DNA from: an uncultured Candidatus Saccharibacteria bacterium
GTDB taxonomy: Bacteria > Patescibacteriota > Minisyncoccia > SW-4-49-11
NCBI GenBank assembly: GCA_964633865.1
Contig: CAZWIJ010000004.1
Location: 35,543-99,542, forward strand
Length of the DNA: 64,000 bases
Direction of reading: 5' to 3'
A program made the position numbers and the translations under genes. Positions 59,257 to 64,000 of this stretch are shown here, piece by piece. A model generated the notes under the pieces. That model was not told the origin of the DNA. It did no database searches and saw only the letters and a list, made by a program, of their open reading frames with translations. The first letter of the stretch is position 1. Each line of letters starts with the position of its first letter.

Positions 59257-61662
59257 TTATAAATTCCTACTTTTTATATTATGAGTAACAATATCAACTG
59301 GAGTTCCATACTTAAGTCTCGATAATTGTTTAATTGCTTCTTGTAGTTTTGGATTACTTCTACTAGCAAAGATAACATTAAAATTAAATGCCTTACTATT
59401 TTTACCATCTATCATAAGTTTCATAACCCCTTTCAGATTATCCATATTCACAAGATCATAAGCTGAATAGTCTGGTTTCATTTTTTGTTCCAAAACTTCA
59501 GCATCATCAGTTCCTATTCTAAATGCAACCGTTGTTCCAACATTACCAAATATAGCTGTTCTGATATTTTCTGGTAATTGACCTATAAATTGATGAGCTA
59601 AAATCATATCTAATCTATACTTTCTTGCCTCGGACAAAATTGTAGATACACTATCTGTAGTAAAATTTTGGAACTCATCCAGATATAAATAAAAATCTCT
59701 TCTTTGATCTTCTGGAATATTACTTCTTTTGAAGGCAGCCATCTGTAATTTAGATACAAGAAGCATACCTAATAAATTACTATTCATATCCCCAATCGCT
59801 CCTTTTGACAAATTAGCTATCAAAATTTTACCTGAATTCATTATATCTTGAAAATCAAATGATGATTTAGGTTGTCCTATAATATTTCTAACCATTTCAT
59901 TTTCTATAAATCTTCCTAATTTTGATAAAAGATATCCCAATGTATCTCCAGCACTTTGTCCTTTCTGTGCAGCTGGGAATTCTTTTTCCCAAAAATCTTT
60001 TACAATAGGATCATGAACATTTTCTAAAACTTTTGCCCGGAAAGCATCATCTGTAAATAACTTTGGTATTTCTACTATAGTTCTAGGGTTTTCTACATCA
60101 TCCATCAAAGCTGACATAGCCATTCTCATATTATGTTCAAAAATAGGTCCAATCATACTGGGATCAGATACAAGCCTATAGAATATAGAAATCATCTCTT
60201 GACTAAGAAAATCTTTCTCTTCTGGAGTTCTTGCCTCTAAGATATTCAAACCCAATGGATAATCTATATCCTGAGGATTAAAATAAATCACATCCTCATA
60301 CCTATCCTTAGGAATCATACCTAAAACATCTTCTGCAAAATCACCATTAGGATCAAGCAATGCTAATCCTCTACCAGCTTTCAAATCTAGTTCTATCATT
60401 CTTTTCATAAAAGAAGTCTTTCCTGTTCCAGTCTGACCAATAACATACATATGTCTTCTCCTATCTTCATCTTGAATTCTAACTAACTGTTCTTCTCCTC
60501 GATAAACATTTATACCTAAGACTAAACCTTCTTTAGGTAAATTGGCTGGTGGAAAAGATGCTTTAGATGTTACCCATTGAATTTTAGGAGTTTGTAAATG
60601 AGATGTAGGTATATGAAATAAGCTTGTCAATTCTTCTGTATTTAGTATCATTGATTCTCCTTTTTCAAAAATTCTAAATATAAATTTATAGATAAACTTC
60701 CAAATGTTTTTATTACTATAATCTATAAATTTAAATGAATTAAGATTCTGATCCACAAACTGTGAAAAAGATCCTTTTATCTGTTCCATTAAAATATCTG
60801 ATCTACTTCCTTCAGATGATATTGTCATTAATCTTATATTAACTTCAAAACCTGTTTTGTCAGTTTTTTTCTGCATTCTTTGTATTAAATCCTCTTCAGA
60901 AGCTGTTAACTGTCTAATGTCTTTATTCTCTTCTTTTTTAGTTGATTTAAAAGCATTTACGATAAATCCGATTATATCTAAAGTATCTTTTTTATAAGCA
61001 TTTTGAAAAGTAAGCCCATCTTTTCTCATAGCTTGGGTTACTTTTTTTGTTTTTTCTACCCAACTATTAGAAGATTTTTTAATTAATATTTGAATTACTG
61101 CACTTTCCTCTTCATATATTTTTGATAAAGCTGAAGTTAAACTAGATAAAGGGTCTACTTCTAAATCTTGATAAGTTTTTATTGGAATAATTGATGGTTT
61201 ATTAAACTTAAGATATGAAGCTCTTATTTCTCCTTTTGTAGTAAGAACATTGTAATCATCAATTTTTGTTAAATCAGCATTTGGATATACTCCATGAAGT
61301 TGTTTCTCAAAGATAGTTTCATATTCTTTTGGAACTCCCATATAAAAATGAATTTCATCTTTTTCAGTTGGACTAACAATTTCGAGAGATATACTAGGAT
61401 CAACTTTGATTAAGCCAGAAGATTTATCTTTCAAAAATGTAAAACTATTATAAACTTGCTCCATAACTGTTATCAAAGCTTTTGGATCTTTATTTTCATC
61501 CTCTAGATTTCTTGGAACTTTAACTTGATATTGAGTTAGAATTAATCCTCTTTGAATCTTTTTTTCTTCAATAATTGGTTTTATAAAAACATAATAGACT
61601 GTTGTTAAAATCATTGCTAACCAAACAGAAATAATTATTATTAGGATAAAGACTAGATTCAT
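59257..61662 (-). CDS. VirD4/TraD/HerA-like membrane-anchored ATPase
   Basis: N-terminal TM, DRRRHMYVIGQTGTGKT (Walker A), LYLDEFQNF (Walker B), LSEARKY, AHQF. Confidence 0.85.
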   Translation of the reverse strand: MNLVFILIIIISVWLAMILTTVYYVFIKPIIEEKKIQRGLILTQYQVKVPRNLEDENKDPKALITVMEQVYNSFTFLKDKSSGLIKVDPSISLEIVSPTEKDEIHFYMGVPKEYETIFEKQLHGVYPNADLTKIDDYNVLTTKGEIRASYLKFNKPSIIPIKTYQDLEVDPLSSLTSALSKIYEEESAVIQILIKKSSNSWVEKTKKVTQAMRKDGLTFQNAYKKDTLDIIGFIVNAFKSTKKEENKDIRQLTASEEDLIQRMQKKTDKTGFEVNIRLMTISSEGSRSDILMEQIKGSFSQFVDQNLNSFKFIDYSNKNIWKFIYKFIFRIFEKGESMILNTEELTSLFHIPTSHLQTPKIQWVTSKASFPPANLPKEGLVLGINVYRGEEQLVRIQDEDRRRHMYVIGQTGTGKTSFMKRMIELDLKAGRGLALLDPNGDFAEDVLGMIPKDRYEDVIYFNPQDIDYPLGLNILEARTPEEKDFLSQEMISIFYRLVSDPSMIGPIFEHNMRMAMSALMDDVENPRTIVEIPKLFTDDAFRAKVLENVHDPIVKDFWEKEFPAAQKGQSAGDTLGYLLSKLGRFIENEMVRNIIGQPKSSFDFQDIMNSGKILIANLSKGAIGDMNSNLLGMLLVSKLQMAAFKRSNIPEDQRRDFYLYLDEFQNFTTDSVSTILSEARKYRLDMILAHQFIGQLPENIRTAIFGNVGTTVAFRIGTDDAEVLEQKMKPDYSAYDLVNMDNLKGVMKLMIDGKNSKAFNFNVIFASRSNPKLQEAIKQLSRLKYGTPVDIVTHNIKSRNL

Positions 61663-61736
61663 AATTTTATTTTTATAATTAATTTAACTATGAAATAATT
61701 ATATCATATTTTAAGAAATATAGTACTATAAAAATA

Positions 61737-61768
61737 AAAACACCCGTAGAGGAGATCTACAAGGTGTT
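61737..61768 (-). terminator. Hairpin, probable terminator downstream of 61824..62399
   Basis: AACACC.GTAGA-ggaga-TCTAC..GGTGTT with a T-tract on the minus strand. Confidence 0.5.
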
Positions 61769-61823
61769 ATCTAGATATAGATTAACATATATTATACCAC
61801 TTGTCAATACAAACTAATAAAAA

Positions 61824-62399
61824 TTAATTCTCTGATAATGTTTTATTCAAATTATCATGATTTTTTTGTAATATATTAAGATCATTATGAAGACTTCTTC
61901 TAAATAGATTTTTTTTATCCTTGATAGTTTTAATCTTCTCTTCATCAAAAGTTAAATTTTTATCTAAGTTTTTAGTATTTAAAACAGACAAGAGCTTATA
62001 AAAACATTTTGTACTTTCCAGAGAAAGATATAAAGTTCCACCATGTTTAGTTTGCCATTCTTTTAAATTTAGATAAGCTTCTTCATGAAATGATCTTAAT
62101 TCAAATTTGTCTTTAAAATCACCTATCTCATATCCTATTTCTTGTGTTATTTTTATTAACTCCGGGTATAACTCCATTCTTTTTAGTAAAAGTTTTTCAG
62201 AATATTGACTTCTAATTTGAGTTAATTGATTATTTAATATATTTCTTAACTCTATCTCTTTTAATAATATTTCTTTTTTCCACTGATTTCTATTAATTAT
62301 ATAACCTAAAATACTACCTCCCAATGATAAAAAAGCTATTATAATTGATACTGTGGATGTTAATATTGCAATTTGTAATTCTATTGAGTTCCAATTCAT
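61824..62399 (-). CDS. Hypothetical single-pass membrane protein
   Basis: N-terminal TM, coiled coil, helical C-terminus. Confidence 0.7.
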   Translation of the reverse strand: MNWNSIELQIAILTSTVSIIIAFLSLGGSILGYIINRNQWKKEILLKEIELRNILNNQLTQIRSQYSEKLLLKRMELYPELIKITQEIGYEIGDFKDKFELRSFHEEAYLNLKEWQTKHGGTLYLSLESTKCFYKLLSVLNTKNLDKNLTFDEEKIKTIKDKKNLFRRSLHNDLNILQKNHDNLNKTLSEN

Positions 62400-62410
62400 C
62401 TTAATAATAT

Positions 62411-63127
62411 TTATTTTTTATTTCGATTAAATTTAATTTTGGCATTTTCTAATTCATTCAGATTATTTATACCAAACCATTCTTTCTCCATAATATCACA
62501 ATATAATATATTATCCCCTTTTTCTATTCCTAATAAAAATCCGCTTGGAATACCATATTCCCCATTTTTAGGATTTGGTTCTATTAGAGGAAATATACTT
62601 TGTATCCATTCTGTTTTTCCCGCATAAAGTCCACACACTACCTTTTCTCCTGGAATAGATGAATTTTCTTGATTCAATCCTAATAATTTATGTGTATTAA
62701 CATTAAATACAGCTGACTTATATTCTAATTTTTTAACAATATCAGCTAATCCTACAGTGAAATCTCCTTGATATTTTTCATGAATATCTATCATTCTTAA
62801 TAAAGTTTCTTTATTATAAAAAAAACTATCATCAGCTTGAGCAATTAATACATTTCTTGTTTTAACTTTATTTATACAAGCCATAACTCCATCTGCAGTT
62901 CCTTTTGGTATTGTATTTATATATTGATAATTTGGATAAAAATCTTTAATTTTATTTGTATATTCACTAATTATAACATATTTTTCTTTGATATTTAAAA
63001 TATTTGATAAGTTTAGAATATTACTTATTAAAGGTTCTCCTTCTATTTTTACTAAAGGTTTTGGTTCTTGTGATTTTAATCTTGTTCCTTTACCAGCTGC
63101 TAAAATTATAATACTCCAATCTTTCAT
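62411..63127 (-). CDS. Nucleotidyltransferase, GlmU N-terminal-like (start reassigned to ATG 63127)
   Basis: IILAAGKGTRL..PKPL, GTAD, GEY, GINN..EL. No hexapeptide acetyltransferase domain. Confidence 0.85.
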   Translation of the reverse strand: MKDWSIIILAAGKGTRLKSQEPKPLVKIEGEPLISNILNLSNILNIKEKYVIISEYTNKIKDFYPNYQYINTIPKGTADGVMACINKVKTRNVLIAQADDSFFYNKETLLRMIDIHEKYQGDFTVGLADIVKKLEYKSAVFNVNTHKLLGLNQENSSIPGEKVVCGLYAGKTEWIQSIFPLIEPNPKNGEYGIPSGFLLGIEKGDNILYCDIMEKEWFGINNLNELENAKIKFNRNKK

Positions 63128-63170
63128 AAAATTTGTTAATTTAATATACCCTATTATATCATAATTTTTA

Positions 63171-63998
63171 TTATTTATTAAAACCTCTATTTTGGTTATA
63201 CCATTCCAAAACATTTCTTGCTACCGGGATAGAAGTTAAATATCCTTCTTGACCTTCTTCAATTAAAACTATAATTGCAAGTTCTGGATTTTCGAAAGGA
63301 GCATAAGCAGTAAAAAATGAATTGTTTCTTTCCGCTCCAGTTTGTGCTGTTCCAGTTTTTGCAGCACTACTAAATGGAAGATCTTTGAGTTGATAGGCTG
63401 TACCATCAAGAACCGTTTGTCTCATACCATCTTGAACTATTTTCAGATTTTCTGGTGAAATTATATTTTCTCTTTTAATCTTATCTATTTTATTCTTATT
63501 TTCTAAATTACCTTCAGCTAATAACAGTTGGGGTTGATTTAATTTTCCACCATTAGCAATGTAGGATATCCCATTAATTATCTGAATGGGGGTTGCTAAC
63601 ATTCCACCTTGACCAATAGAGATATTATAAGTATCTCCCAATCTCCAATCTTCTCCAAAAGTTTCTTTTTTCCATTTTGGATTAGCAATTAACCCTTCTT
63701 TTTCTCCTGGTAAATCTATACCTGTGATAGAACCAAAACCATATTTAGAATAATAATCCACTAATTTTTCTATGCCTATACCTTTTTTATCTTGTGTTCC
63801 TCCACTGAATGTATAAAAAAACACATTAACAGAACTTGCTATTGCTTTATAGATATTACTTTTACCATGAATCTTCCAATCAGGAAAAATAGTAGGGTTG
63901 TCTGGAGAATATTGATTTGGAACAATTAGTTTTCCTAAAGGATCATTTATTTCAGTTTTTGTATCAACTACACCTTCCTGCAAAAAAGCACCCGCTAA
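63171..63998 (-). CDS. mrdA: Penicillin-binding protein 2, C-terminal part (runs off window)
   Basis: SVNVFFY (SxN), TGIDLPGE, W..GDT.NISIGQG, KTGTAQ. Frame is open to the window end. Confidence 0.88.
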   Translation of the reverse strand, partial: LAGAFLQEGVVDTKTEINDPLGKLIVPNQYSPDNPTIFPDWKIHGKSNIYKAIASSVNVFFYTFSGGTQDKKGIGIEKLVDYYSKYGFGSITGIDLPGEKEGLIANPKWKKETFGEDWRLGDTYNISIGQGGMLATPIQIINGISYIANGGKLNQPQLLLAEGNLENKNKIDKIKRENIISPENLKIVQDGMRQTVLDGTAYQLKDLPFSSAAKTGTAQTGAERNNSFFTAYAPFENPELAIIVLIEEGQEGYLTSIPVARNVLEWYNQNRGFNK

Positions 63999-64000
63999 TA

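Noticed and set aside
63128-63214. ORF-track N-terminal extension of the nucleotidyltransferase
   Set aside because: It overlaps the mrdA 3' end, and homology starts at MKDWSIIILAAG (ATG 63127).

Overview
Very AT-rich bacterial chromosomal segment, by eye about 25% GC. It uses the standard code: RF2 is present and TGA serves as a stop. The gene repertoire and style suggest a Patescibacteria/CPR genome: a lone VirD4-like ATPase, many type IV pilins, a short YebC, an HTH-DUF4065-like regulator and few SD motifs. The housekeeping backbone includes prfB-ftsEX, murE, rpe, zwf, tRNA-Arg(UCU), lepB, a frameshifted radC, ruvX, parB, sppA, mraZ-rsmH-ftsL-ftsI-murF, sufS, 2-oxoacid:ferredoxin oxidoreductase, trxB-yebC-ruvC, groESL with a CIRCE-like operator, ABC transporters and mrdA. 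The most striking content is eight type IV pilin-like genes. Two are giant paralogous pilins with a shared pilin head and Ig-like stalk but different C-terminal repeat payloads (DUF285-type repeats versus 14 delta-60 propeller blades). Two are payload-free pilins of the same family. The rest are minor pilins, two carrying a phage-like LamG domain or four Cys-bounded repeats, in a pilB/pilC operon bracketed by a split two-component system. Other oddities are a catalytically eroded HisRS paralog, a tandem-LOG protein with a degenerate second site, an unannotated small transcription unit upstream of mraZ and a lone KAP NTPase. No integrase, transposase, reverse transcriptase or CRISPR array was recognised. 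All family assignments come from motif recognition, not database searches.
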